A stretch of DNA of 64,000 nucleotides. Source: Macrostomum hystrix (Eukaryota; Animalia; Platyhelminthes). How positions within the stretch are numbered: the first letter of the stretch is position 1; the number at the start of each line of letters is the position of its first letter. The position numbers and the translations under genes were made by a program. Positions 24,201-35,177 of the stretch are shown here, piece by piece. The notes beneath the pieces were generated by a model. The model had not been told where the DNA came from, made no database searches, and worked only from the letters and a program-made list of their open reading frames with translations. The stretch covers positions 11,780,001-11,844,000 of the forward strand of contig CATNEN010000039.1 of the NCBI GenBank assembly GCA_950097015.1, given 5' to 3'.

Positions 24201-27200
24201 CCTCTAGTACCAACCGGAGGTTGGCCCTCTAAGTTGCACGACAAGCAACCGAGTCATCTCTCCAAATTAATTTGACCTCGCCGCGGAATCGAGGTCAGGG
24301 ACCTTGGGCGCGCGAGAGGCAAACGCGTTAGTCCGCTCTGCCACTCACCCTCTGGTACCAAGATAACCCGGGTAATAAATTTGGGTGGTTTTTTTCGCGG
24401 CCTCCATAACCCACGGACTGAACAGCTGTACGCAACCCTTGAGCCAGTGTAATTTTTTTCGGAGCCATGCCGAGCCAAGCCCTTGAACTGTACATTAATA
24501 TTTTGGCTTGACTTTTCCAGCTATCGTGCTGCAGATAGTGACATTCTTCAGCCTACTGCTGTGTCTCTCTGTTGGGCTCTTCGACCCGGTGAGCCGAAGT
24601 TTGAGACAGTGGTTTGTCGAGTTTCTTGAGTACAGATGGTGAGCAATTTTTGAACCGAATTCTTTGAATCCATGTGGTAGTTTAAATGCAAATTAATAAT
24701 AACAAGCCTTTATTAATAAAAAAAATATTTTAATGGGGGCTGTGGGCACTCGCACAGTGTTTGATGACAGTAGACCCGCTGACATCGGGGAGGCGATTCG
24801 GTCCATTCCGCTGACTCTTGAGTACACAGTCATACAGGTGTGTTCATACAGGTGTGTTCATACAGGTGTGTTCGTACAGGTGTGTTCATACAGGTGTGTT
24901 CATACAGGTGTGTTCATACAGGTGTGTTCATACAGGTGTGTTCGTACAGGTGTGTTCATACAGGTGTGTTCGTACAGGTGTGTTCATACAGGTGTGTTCG
25001 TACAGGTGTGTTCATACAGGTGTGTTCATACAGGTGTGTTCATACAGGTGTGTTCATACAGGTGTGTTCATACAGGTGTGTTCATACAGGTGTGTTCATA
25101 CAGGTGTGTTCGTACAGGTGTGTTCATACAGGTGTGTTCGTACAGGTGTGTTCATACAGGTGTGTTCATACAGGTGTGTTCATACAGGTGTGTTCATACA
25201 GGTGTGTTCATATGCCCTGACTTTCGCATCGTCAGGCAGTGTACACTATCACTGTACCTTGGAGGTTGGCCCTCAAGGGCGTAAATTGCACGACTGCTCC
25301 GAGTCCCCAAGCCTTCTCTCCGCGGCTGATCCTCAAAAAACGTGGCATTGCTGCGGAATCGAGCTCCTCAGTAATATCATTTTGATATTAAAAATCTCAG
25401 TCTGAATTAGCGCTCGTAAAATCCAACACCGACACCACTGACAATAATCACTGCAGGCCACTTTTAGCCGTGAGCGGTACAGTTCTACTGACACAGTTTA
25501 TCCTGGTCAAGCTGGCATTCAACTCCAATAACTCCAGTCTGGGCAAAATTGCGATTAACAACCGGTGAGCATTGTGCTGCCATTGGACTGTAGTCTTACA
25601 GACAGCAGCCTGTAAACTGCTGTAGGGAACATTCAGGTGGCTCAAAATTGTCACTAACCAATTTTAGGCACGTCTACTTCAACTGGGCATACTTCATGTT
25701 CTACTTCAACGTGTTCTGGGGCATTGTGACCGCACTGATTCAGCTGGTGGCCTCCGCCGTGCTCTCCGTCTGTTTTCTCAGCCGCCTCGACTGGTGCTTC
25801 TTTCCCAAGAGGTTCGACTTTCTAGACGAAGGTACATCGAAATATTTCATATATAGACGATGAGAAAGTCAGGGCAGATGTACACACCTGTGTGAACGTG
25901 TGCCTGCGTATGGTATCTGTGTGCGTGTTTGCTCAGGAGGCAGCGAAATGGGCAGAATGGCCTCAAGTTACTCAATTTACGCCCTTGACCTCAATGGGTC
26001 AAGTGTCACTAAACGATGGGCCACTGCCCGCAGCCCTGTTGCAATTGTTACATTATTATCATTCATATATGCTATATGCTTCGATTGCAAGTATTTCGCT
26101 CTACTCTTGGAGGCTATTTTGCCTACGTCGGTCTGCTGTACATTGAAAACGCGCACACCAACCCGGTGATGCGAACCTTCCTGGCGCTGCTGCGCGACGA
26201 CGCCCTGGAACGAAGGCGCGGTCGCTGCAACTCGCGCGCGATCGGCTTCGCTCTCAAGCCGGGCCTGGACGAAGAGTTCAACAGGGAGTGGCTGCGGGAC
26301 ACTTCTGCGCGGGCTGCTGATCCTGCGGCTTCGTCTGACAGCGAGAAATCAAGTGAGTTGATCAAGGCAGGCTGAAGAAGACTTATTCTGGAACTTACGC
26401 AATGGGGAATTAGTGTCTAGCTCAAGGGTTCGGCGACTTCCCGCTCGCGGGCCAGATGCGGCCCTCGAAGCTCCAAAATATACGACCCCTCTTTTTAACA
26501 CCTACTCTACCCCGGCTCATCTCACACTTTCTCATATTTACTGTTTTTTATCTCTCCACTGTCTTCTTCTTAGGGTCAATACAGCTTAACTGAATAATCT
26601 CCCCTGTCTCACCTCTCCCCAGTCTCATCTCTCCCCTGTCTCATCTCTCCCCTGTCTCATCTCTCCCCTGTCTCATCTCTCCCCTGTCTCACCTCTCCCC
26701 AGTCTCGTCTCTACCCTGTCTCATCTCTCCCCAGTCTCGTCTCTACCCTGTCTCTTCGCTCCTCTGTCTATTCTCCCCTGTCTAATCAATCCCCAGTCTC
26801 GTCTCTCCTCTGACTCATCTCTCCCCTGTCTCATCTCTCCGCAGTCTCATCTCTCCCCCGTCTCATCTCCCCAGTCTCATCTCTCCCCAGTCTCATCTCT
26901 CCCCAGTCTCGTCTCTCCCCTGACTCATCTCTCCCCAGTCTCGTCTCTCCCCTGTCTCATCTCTCCCCAGTCTCATCTCTCCTCAGTCTCATCTCTCCCC
27001 AGTCTCGTCTCTCCCCTGTCTCATCTCCCCAATCTCATCTCTCCTCAGTCTCGTCTCTCCCCAGTCTCATCTCTCCCCAGTCTCATCTCTCCCCAGTCTC
27101 ATCTCTCCCCTGTCTCATCTCTCCCGTCTCATCTCTCCTCAGTCTCATCTCTCCCCAGTCTCGTCTCTCCCCTGACTCATCTCTCCCCTTTCTAATCTCT

Positions 27201-27586
27201 CCCCTGTCTAATCTCTCCACTTTCTCATCTCTCAATATATTGGTTGCCTGAGAACCTAACCCTGAGAACCGACCCAGACCAGGCTTGTAGGCAGTAAAAT
27301 TTTCCAAACTACGCAAGTTCCTAATCGCATCGTTGCAGCCCAATTCAAACTCAGCGACACAGTCAAAGTCAGCCTACGGGCCAGAAACCGTTGGTTCCTA
27401 GCCCTGACTCTCGCCAGAAACCCGGCGCTGCAGCAGCAGCGGCGCCACTACATCAGCAGATTCAACGACCTCATGAAGCGTCGCCGGTCAATGTTTGTCG
27501 GTTCGATCCCTAGCGGCCTGGACTGCCAGAGGGGAAGCGAAGATGGCGGGATGCAGTCGGCGGTAGGCCAAGTTAGCGAGCTCTGA
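18208..27586 (+). CDS. STRA6L: STRA6-like (RBP-receptor family) multipass membrane protein, 14 exons
   Basis: Exons 18208-18399, 18890-18975, 19729-19886, 19984-20156, 20407-20594, 21227-21528, 22820-22895, 23583-23667, 23752-23800, 24521-24638, 25457-25564, 25668-25831, 26113-26352 and 27339-27586 join in frame at GT-AG sites. Family motifs: RRPGL..PMNIL...RLSYALAFG; FRYSPRII; MRFGGYQI; AINNRHVYFNWAYFMFYFNVFWG...SRLD...DEGYFAYVGLLYIENAHTNPVMRTF; RARNRWFLALTLARNPAL. Confidence 0.88.
19315..19600 (-). mobile_element. SINE family B copy (STRA6-like intron 2)
   Basis: Near full-length match to family B, including the palindrome cagtccatggactg, the Meta/CORE-like block and the reversed tRNA head. 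Confidence 0.85.
20767..21140 (+). mobile_element. SINE family A, full length, with 15-bp target-site duplication
   Basis: tRNA-like head with A-box (ggtggcagagcgg) and B-box (gttcgattcc), and an (att)n tail. Flanked by tattactcgtttgaa (20752-20766) and tattactcgtctgaa (21141-21155). Confidence 0.92.
22372..22735 (-). mobile_element. SINE family A, full length, with perfect 15-bp target-site duplication
   Basis: Reverse-strand copy flanked by tgatagaagcctata at 22357-22371 and 22736-22750. Confidence 0.93.
23245..23460 (+). mobile_element. SINE family B copy, internally deleted
   Basis: ttcacccagctgttaaatgggtgccagcattagctgggg ... ggactgaacagccgtacgcagccttcagatgcg. Confidence 0.8.
24020..24352 (-). 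mobile_element. SINE family A copy, followed by a short family B fragment to about 24440
   Basis: Family A body (gctgactcctgagcacacacgcacacagata, ctgactttctcat) and reversed head (ggaatcga...ctctgccac). Confidence 0.85.
24705..25370 (-). mobile_element. SINE family A copy interrupted by an internal 14-bp tandem expansion
   Basis: Family A sequence lies on both sides of the 24830-25212 array. Confidence 0.85.
24830..25212. repeat. 14-bp minisatellite (catacaggtgtgtt)n, about 27 copies
   Basis: Direct tandem repeats with cat/cgt variants. Confidence 0.95.
25855..26060 (+). mobile_element. SINE family A, 5'-truncated copy filling most of STRA6-like intron 12
   Basis: gacgatgagaaagtcagggcagatgtacacacctgtg ... 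gcccgcagccc followed by the tail. Confidence 0.85.
26595..27230. repeat. Pyrimidine-rich minisatellite, about 18-bp unit (tctcatctctccccagtc-like)
   Basis: Tandem degenerate units in the last STRA6-like intron. Confidence 0.9.
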
Positions 27587-27934
27587 GGCCTAACGGAAAA
27601 GTACAAATTATTTTTGTCTGAGCAGATACGGCATCGCAAAAGTCATACAGAAACTTATATAATCGCAGATTTGTTAAAATTTAATTCGCATTCATTTTAA
27701 TTGCCTTTTGGAAGAAATCTCTATTACAAGAGTCATAACACGACGTAACATAATAAAAAATTTTCAAACGTCAAATGTTGGTTAAGTAAAGACTTCGAGC
27801 GGCATAAGTACAAACTATATTTTAAGCTATTTCTGTCTCAAAAATATACACACTTGTTGATCGTTTGTCCTTAAATTTTAGATTTTTTTGATTAATTGCT
27901 TCATAGTTAGCTATTTAGTCAAGCCTAAAAGCTA

Positions 27935-28600
27935 CCACAGTTACTAGCTATAGTTATAGTTGTAGTTATATAGCTAAAGTTACTAGCCTTCGAGTTACTA
28001 GCTACTAGAGTTACTAGCTACTAGAGTTACTAGCTACTAGAGTTACTAGCTACTAGAGTTACTAGCTACTAGAGTTACTAGCTACTAGAGTTACTAGCTA
28101 CTAGAGTTACTAGCTACTAGAGTTACTAGCTACTAGAGTTACTAGCTACTAGAGTTACTAGCTACTAGAGTTACTAGCTACTAGAGTTACTAGCTACTAG
28201 AGTTACTAGCTACTAGAGTTACTAGCTACTAGAGTTACTAGCTACTAGAGTTACTAGCTACTAGAGTTACTAGCTACTAGAGTTACTAGCTACTAGAGTT
28301 ACTAGCTACTAGAGTTACTAGCTACTAGAGTTACTAGCTACTAGAGTTACTAGCTACTAGAGTTACTAGCTACTAGAGTTACTAGCTACTAGAGTTACTA
28401 GCTACTAGAGTTACTAGCTACTAGAGTTACTAGCTACTAGAGTTACTAGCTATTACGGTTACTAACTACCTAAGGTACTAGAGTTAGTATCTGCTAGAGT
28501 TATTTGCTATTGCAGTTACTAGCTACTAGAGTTACTATCTGCTAGAGTTACTAGTTACTACTACTAGCTTCAAGAGTTACTAACTACTTTAGTTGCTAGT
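27935..28600. repeat. 16-bp minisatellite (gagttactagctacta)n with degenerate edges
   Basis: Perfect core from about 27992 to 28452. Confidence 0.95.
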
Positions 28601-29112
28601 CGCAGCTGCGAGTTCTAGCATTCAAAGCTGGATAGAAATAGCTATTCTCCCAGGCTAGATAATCAATAATTTTCGGTCTACTTCTCGCGTCTCTCTAAAC
28701 AGTCGCGTTTTATTCTCTCTCTTACAAACTCCTCGTGATCATGTGAGCACAATAGTAGCCGAGGAATTCGCGACAAAAGTGTTCATATTTGCAACTGCAC
28801 AGTCTGCAGACTCGTAGCAGAAATGTATAAAGACTCTAGTCGTGACTGCTCTAGCCGATACTGTCCCAGATGCCAGGTGTGAAGTAAGACTGCAAAATCA
28901 AAAGTGGGAAATAGCATATTTTGGGATTCCTTTAAAGAAAAAACTACTTCGATAGCAACAAAATTTTGATAGCAAAAACCTGAAAGTCTGAGACTCGAAA
29001 ATTTGTGCCTTGGCTTCTTCGTGACTTATCCGAAATGAGACACAAGTTCCTGCAACGATTCTATCTGTCAATCTTGAGTACGTTGTTTAAGTCTATTTGT
29101 GGTTCGTTTATA

Positions 29113-29623
29113 GATTCCATCTACAGTTCCTGGTTCGATTCCATCTACAGTTCTTGGTTCGATTCCATCTACAGTTCTTGGTTCGATTCTATCTACAGTT
29201 CTTGGTTCGATTCCATCTACAGTTCTTGGTTCGATTCCATCTACAGTTCATACTTCGATTCCATCTACAGTTCTTGGTTCGATTCTATCTACAGTTCTTG
29301 GTTCGATTCCATCTACAGTTCTTGGTTCGATTCCATCTACAGTTCATACTTCGATTCCATCTACAGTTCTTGGTTCGATTCTATCTACAGTTCTTGGTTC
29401 GATTCCATCTACAGTTCTTGGTTCGATTCCATCTACAGTTCATACTTCGATTCCATCTACAGTTCTTGGTTCGATTCTATCTACAGTTCTTGGTTCGATT
29501 CTATCTACAGTTCTTGGTTCGATTCCATCTACAGTTCATACTTCGATTCCATCTACAGTTCTTGGTTCGATTCTATCTACAGTTCTTGGTTCGATTCCAT
29601 CTACAGTTCCTGGTTCGATTCTA
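29113..29623. repeat. 24-bp minisatellite (gattccatctacagttcttggttc)n with a 96-bp higher-order unit
   Basis: 21 units. The catacttc variant recurs every fourth unit. Confidence 0.95.
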
Positions 29624-29954
29624 TTCGGTTCTATCTTCGAAGTCTCGAGAAACCTCCCAGTCAGCAGGCCTCAGAAACTAGAGTCAAAGCGTACTCACGA
29701 CTCCAGCAAAAATTTACACCTGCTGTACTCGGAAACTGAGCGCTTTACGGCATCACCAAACAGCGGAATTTCTTGTCCAAACTGGATCCCCATAGATCTA
29801 TTTTCATCAACTTCCCGTCTCCACGGACGATCCCATAGAAGCAATCTAAGCTAATTAATTTATTTTTTTACACCGTCATCCCCTGTCTACCTCTCCCGTG
29901 TCTGCGAGTGTCAAGTAGACTTCGAGTTCAATCTGAGAGCGACATGGCATCATC

Positions 29955-30447
29955 ATATCTGTCTAACAGGTTTGAGAATCTGTCTAACATGTTTGAGAAT
30001 CTGTCTAACAGGTTTGAGAATCTGTCTAACAGGTTTGAGAATCTGTCTAACATTTTTGAGGATCTGTCTAACAGGTTTGAGGATCTGTCTAACAGGTTTG
30101 TGGATATGTCTAACATGTTTGAAGATCTGTCTAACAGGTTTGATGATCTGTCTAACAGGTTTGATGATCTGTCTAACAGGTTCCATGATCTCTCTAACAG
30201 GTTTGAGAATCTGTCTAACAGGTTTGAGGATCTGTCTAACTGGTTTGAGAATCTGTCGAACAGGTTCGAGAATCTGTCTAACAGGTTTGAGAATCTGTCT
30301 AACATTTTTGAGGATCTGTCTAACAGGTTTGAGGATCTGTCTAACTGGTTTGAGGATATGTCTAACTGGTTTGAGAATCTGTCTAACAGGTTTGATTATC
30401 TGTCTAACAGGTTTGATGATCTGTCTAACAGGTTTGAAGTTGTCTAG
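29955..30447. repeat. 21-bp minisatellite (ctgtctaacaggtttgagaat)n
   Basis: About 23 tandem units. Confidence 0.95.
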
Positions 30448-31024
30448 CATGTTTTTGTTTCTATTTAACAGCTATAATGATCTCTATAATATGTTTTCCC
30501 CACTTAGGGCCAATAAAATTATTGATTTGTTGATTTGCTAAAAAGAGAACATCAAAACAAGACAGTATCATAAATCGGACAAGTATACTCGCAATGAATC
30601 GTTATTTTGCTAGAACAATCAATTTAATTTTTGATAACGGAAGTACTAAAGTAAGTATTTTTTCAGAAAATCATATTGCTATCGGATTCCGTACTTGAAG
30701 ATTTCGCAGCAAACGCAAATAAAATGAACATTTCGGTCATAAGCTTCCGCTAGCACTGAATTTTCAGTTTGCAAAAAATGTGCCATTTTGTTGTTCATTT
30801 CGATAATGTCATTTCGAGTTGAGACTGCCTGCCACACCCAATGGCGGCCGAGACTTCAACTGACTGAAAAACATGAGCACCGGTTGGCTGCCGCAATACG
30901 CTCGGAGAAATCTGTTCAAAACTGAACAGCGACGCCGTTGGAGATCGAAAGAAAATCACATTTGCTCAGCGATTTCTGTTAGACACCGCTTGAGCTGCAA
31001 CTTAAGCAGCGGAAGAGCAAAGGC

Positions 31025-31387
31025 ATGGCCTATCGGCTTCAGCGCTCAGCTCGAGCGAACGTGGCCATCATTCAGTCGAATCATCCAGCAACGTTCACAG
31101 CTGAACTACGGCTTTTCCAGGCGACCTCCTGTGAGACATCCGCAGACGGCTACCTGATGATCTGCAGCCTGGAGGAACAGCGCCAGCACAACTGCCTGTG
31201 CCTCGGCTGCCTGCCACTCGACTGTCTAGTCGCAGTACCGTTGGGCAACTCGAAGCTTCGACTGATGTGCAGCGGACGTCCTCGAGTTGGCAATCTGTGC
31301 GGCGCGGGCTGCTGCCTGATTGTGACATTCCGGGAGAGCTCGGAACACCTGGTCTGGTGTCGCTTGTTAGCTTCGCCGACTTCCTGA
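31025..31387 (+). CDS. Small orphan ORF, possibly PH-like fold (120 aa)
   Basis: GC-rich ORF preceded by a possible acceptor (ctgttag at 30982). The pattern of short hydrophobic strands ending in TFRESSEHLVWCRLL resembles the terminal helix of a PH domain. No family is securely recognised. Confidence 0.4.
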   Translation: MAYRLQRSARANVAIIQSNHPATFTAELRLFQATSCETSADGYLMICSLEEQRQHNCLCLGCLPLDCLVAVPLGNSKLRLMCSGRPRVGNLCGAGCCLIVTFRESSEHLVWCRLLASPTS

Positions 31388-32011
31388 TTGACACGCTTGG
31401 CCTCAGTGGCTTCGCTGGGCAAAATTTTCTGTGCTCTCGGTGATTTGTTTTCGTGCTTTTTTCACAATTTTCCTACGACAATAGGTCGACATTGAATCAC
31501 AAATTTCGGTGACTCGTGGTGTAACGTTTCGGCTACTTTGCGGCCCAACGCCCAGGCAGTTATTATCAGATTGTCTTGTTATAACATTGTTCGATGTATT
31601 TGGTTTTGCTTGTTGAACGGCATAAACGTGCATGTACAGATATTTTTCGTCAGATTGTGTCACTAAGGAAATATAATTTAATCTAATAAAATGAACGAAA
31701 TGTCGTCATTTCGAACTTGTATTTACTCGTATCTATAGGTGCGCTGTTTTTTAAGTTATTTACTTTTTTAAGCCAACTTTTTTCGTAGTTGCACTCTTTG
31801 ATTCCATCGCAAACAGCTGTTTCACTAATCGCTAACATTTTACTTTGCCAAGCATGTGCACTACTCGTCATAGCAAGTAGTAATCCCAGTTCGTTTGTTA
31901 TAGGATGATCGAGGTGACGAGTCAGAGATCCCTTATGCATGACGAATTTTAAATTTAGTTTCTCGCCTTTTAATCAAATGAAAAAAAACTTGACTTTATT
32001 CCGAAAATTAA

Positions 32012-33120
32012 CTCACTCCACACTGTCGTCACTCCACACTGACGTCACTCCACACTGTCGTCACTCCACACTGTCGTCACTCCACAATAATGTCACTTCA
32101 CAAGGACGTCAACGCCACACTGACGTCACACGAACCTGTCGGTACTCCACACTGACGTCACTCCACACTGACGTCACACAAACCTGTCGGTACTCCACAC
32201 TGACGCCACACAAACCTGTCGGTACTCCACACTGACGCCACACAAACCTGTCGGTACCCCACACTGACGTCACACAAACCTGTCGATACTCCACCCTGAC
32301 GTCACACAAACCTGTCGGTACTCCACACTGACGTCACTCCACACTGACGTCACACAAACCTGTCGGTACTCCACACTGACGCCACACAAACCTGTCGGTA
32401 CTCCACCCTGACGTCACACAAACCTGTCGGTACTCCACACTGACGTCACTCCACACTGACGTCACACAAACCTGTCGGTACTCCACACTGACGCCACACA
32501 AACCTGTCGATACTCCACCCTGACGTCACACAAACCTGTCGGTACTCCACACTGACGTCACTCCACACTGACGTCACACAAACCTGTCGGTACTCCACAC
32601 TGACGCCACACAAACCTGTCGGTACCCCACACTGACGTCACACAAACCTGTCGATACTCCACCCTGACGTCACACAAACCTGTCGGTACTCCACACTGAC
32701 GTCACTCCACACTGACGTCACACAAACCTGTCGGTACTCCACACTGACGCCACACAAACCTGTCGATACTCCACACTGATGTCACACAAACCTGTCGATA
32801 CTCCACACTGACGTCACACAAACCTGTCGGTACTCCACACTGACGCCACACAAACCTGTCGATACTCCACACTGACGTCACACAAACCTGTCGATACTCC
32901 ACACTGACGTCACACGAACCTGTCGGTACTCCACACTGACGTCACTCCACACTGACGCCACACAAACCTGTCGATACTCCACACTGACGCCACACAAACC
33001 TGTCGATACTCCACACTGACGCCACACAAACCTGTCGATACTCCACACTGACGTCACACAAACCTGTCGGTACTCCACACTGACTGACGTCACTTCACAA
33101 GGACAGCACTCCACACTGTC
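32012..33120. repeat. 32/16-bp minisatellite (ctccacactgacgtcacacaaacctgtcggta)n
   Basis: Tandem 32-bp units with interspersed 16-bp half units. Most of the array lies between two gtcacttcacaaggac direct repeats. Confidence 0.95.
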
Positions 33121-33580
33121 ATTACCATATACATTGATTCCACCCTTGTCTCCACCCAAGATTTAATAATGAACTTTAACGGACTTCCACAGTGCACATT
33201 AGAATGACAGGAGTGATTCCGAGGCGCATTACAATAATTTTTAGCTGTTCCACTTTGAATAATTAAAACTGGACTGTTTACCGCTCGTTTATTCACAAAT
33301 CTAAATGCTGCATTTTAGGCTCCTAATTTTAGAATTTAGAAAGGACAAATTTCCCTAATGCGCGCTTATCAGCTGATTCAATTTAGTAATAATCTTTTCT
33401 TCACAAAAGACAACATAAAGTCCGGACCGTCATGCCGCGTAATTTTTGTGGGGGATCTCATTTCGATACTTCAGGGCATCAACTATTTGACTTCCGGTTT
33501 TTCAGAGCACACTTCTTAAGTAAATTAAGACTTTTTCTCCTCTGCTTTGATCGTACACCCAGAGTGTGAAGATACAACTA

Positions 33581-34571
33581 AGGGCATCGGTAGCTACACA
33601 CTCAGATATTCAGGGCATCGGTAGCTACACCCTCAGATCTTCAGGGCATCGGTAGCTACACCCTCAGATCTTCAGGGCATCGGTAGCTACACCCTCAGAT
33701 CTTCAGGGCATCGGTAGCTACACCCTCAGATCTTCAGGGCATCGGTAGCTACACCCTCAGATCTTCAGGGCATCGGTAGCTACACCCTCAGATCTTCAGG
33801 GCATCGGTAGCTACACACTCAGATCTTCAGAGCATCGATAGCTACACCCTCAGATCTTCAGGGCATCGGTAGATACACCCTCAGATCTTCAGGGCATCGG
33901 TTGCTACACCCTCAGATCTTCAGGGCATCGGTAGATACACCCTCAGATCTTCAGGGCATCGGTAGATACACCCTCAGATCTTCAGGGCATCGGTAGATAC
34001 ACCCTCAGATCTTCAGGGCATCGGTTGCTACACCCTCAGATCTTCAGGGCATCGGTAGATACACCCTCAGATCTTCAGGGCATCGGTAGATACACCCTCA
34101 GATCTTCAGGGCATCGGTAGATACACCCTCAGATCTTCAGGGCATCGGTTGCTACACACTCAGATCTTCAGAGCATCGATAGCTACACCCTCAGATCTTC
34201 AGGGCATCGGTAGATACACCCTCAGATCTTCAGGGCATCGGTTGCTACACCCTCAGATCTTCAGGGCATCGGTAGATACACCCTCAGATCTTCAGGGCAT
34301 CGGTAGATACACCCTCAGATCTTCAGGGCATCGGTAGATACACCCTCAGATCTTCAGGGCATCGGTTGCTACACCCTCAGATCTTCAGGGCATCGGTAGC
34401 TACACCCTCAGATCTTCAGGGTATCGGTAGATACACCCTCAGATCTTCAGGGCATCGGTAGATACACCCTCAGATCTTCAGGGCATCGGTAGATACACCC
34501 TCAGATCTTCAGGGCATCGGTAGCTACACCCTCAGATCTTCAGGGCATCGGTTGCTACACCCTCAGATCTT
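33581..34571. repeat. 31-bp minisatellite (agggcatcggtagctacaccctcagatcttc)n, about 32 copies
   Basis: Direct tandem repeats with tagc/taga/ttgc variants. Confidence 0.95.
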
Positions 34572-35177
34572 GATCATTTCTACTAAAAGTAGTAAAATTT
34601 GCATATTTTGCATCTGTTTGAAAACAATTACGGCTTTTTTAATTCTTAAATTTTAGTTTTGCGCTTTCGATCCCTGGTCCTTATCAAACTTCAATTTGCA
34701 GCTCAATCTGAAGATAATCGTTTGTCACAGATGCCAGGATGGAAAATGACCGGAAGTCATATTGCTTGTCAATCAAACTCACTCATCGAGTGAGTGAATT
34801 GACGATAGATCGATCAACAAACGATCAGGGCGAGATTTTGTTTCTGCTTTTTAATTCGTCTATACGAGTGTGTCGACGAGTATCATAGACAAAAATTAAA
34901 GGGGCCAATTCTTCCTATTCCATAAAGCCTGAGGACGCACACACTATTGCAAACACAGGTGTGCACATGCGTGGTTAAAACTCAATTCTAAAGCCACTCT
35001 CGGACCTCTCAGTCCAACTTACAAGTTGGACTGTTTGCCTCTTGCAGACTGCAAACAGACTGAGGTCAGCGGCCTAATAGTGACAGCCAAATAGCCCAAT
35101 CAGTCATTCATGATCCCAAATTTATATTTGCATTTATGATTGGTCAAAGAATATTACTCAACTCAAGATCTCCCTTA

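Noticed and set aside
24733-25405. ORFs with VCSYRCVHTGVFIQ repeats resembling Cys/His metal-binding repeats
   Set aside because: Produced by a 14-bp tandem expansion inside an intronic SINE.
29005-30541. Repeat ORFs (FDSIYSSW)n and heptad (LSNRFEN)n as structural or coiled-coil proteins
   Set aside because: They are open in several frames (the 21-bp array on both strands) simply because unit lengths are multiples of 3. Several start at non-ATG codons and there is no splice context.
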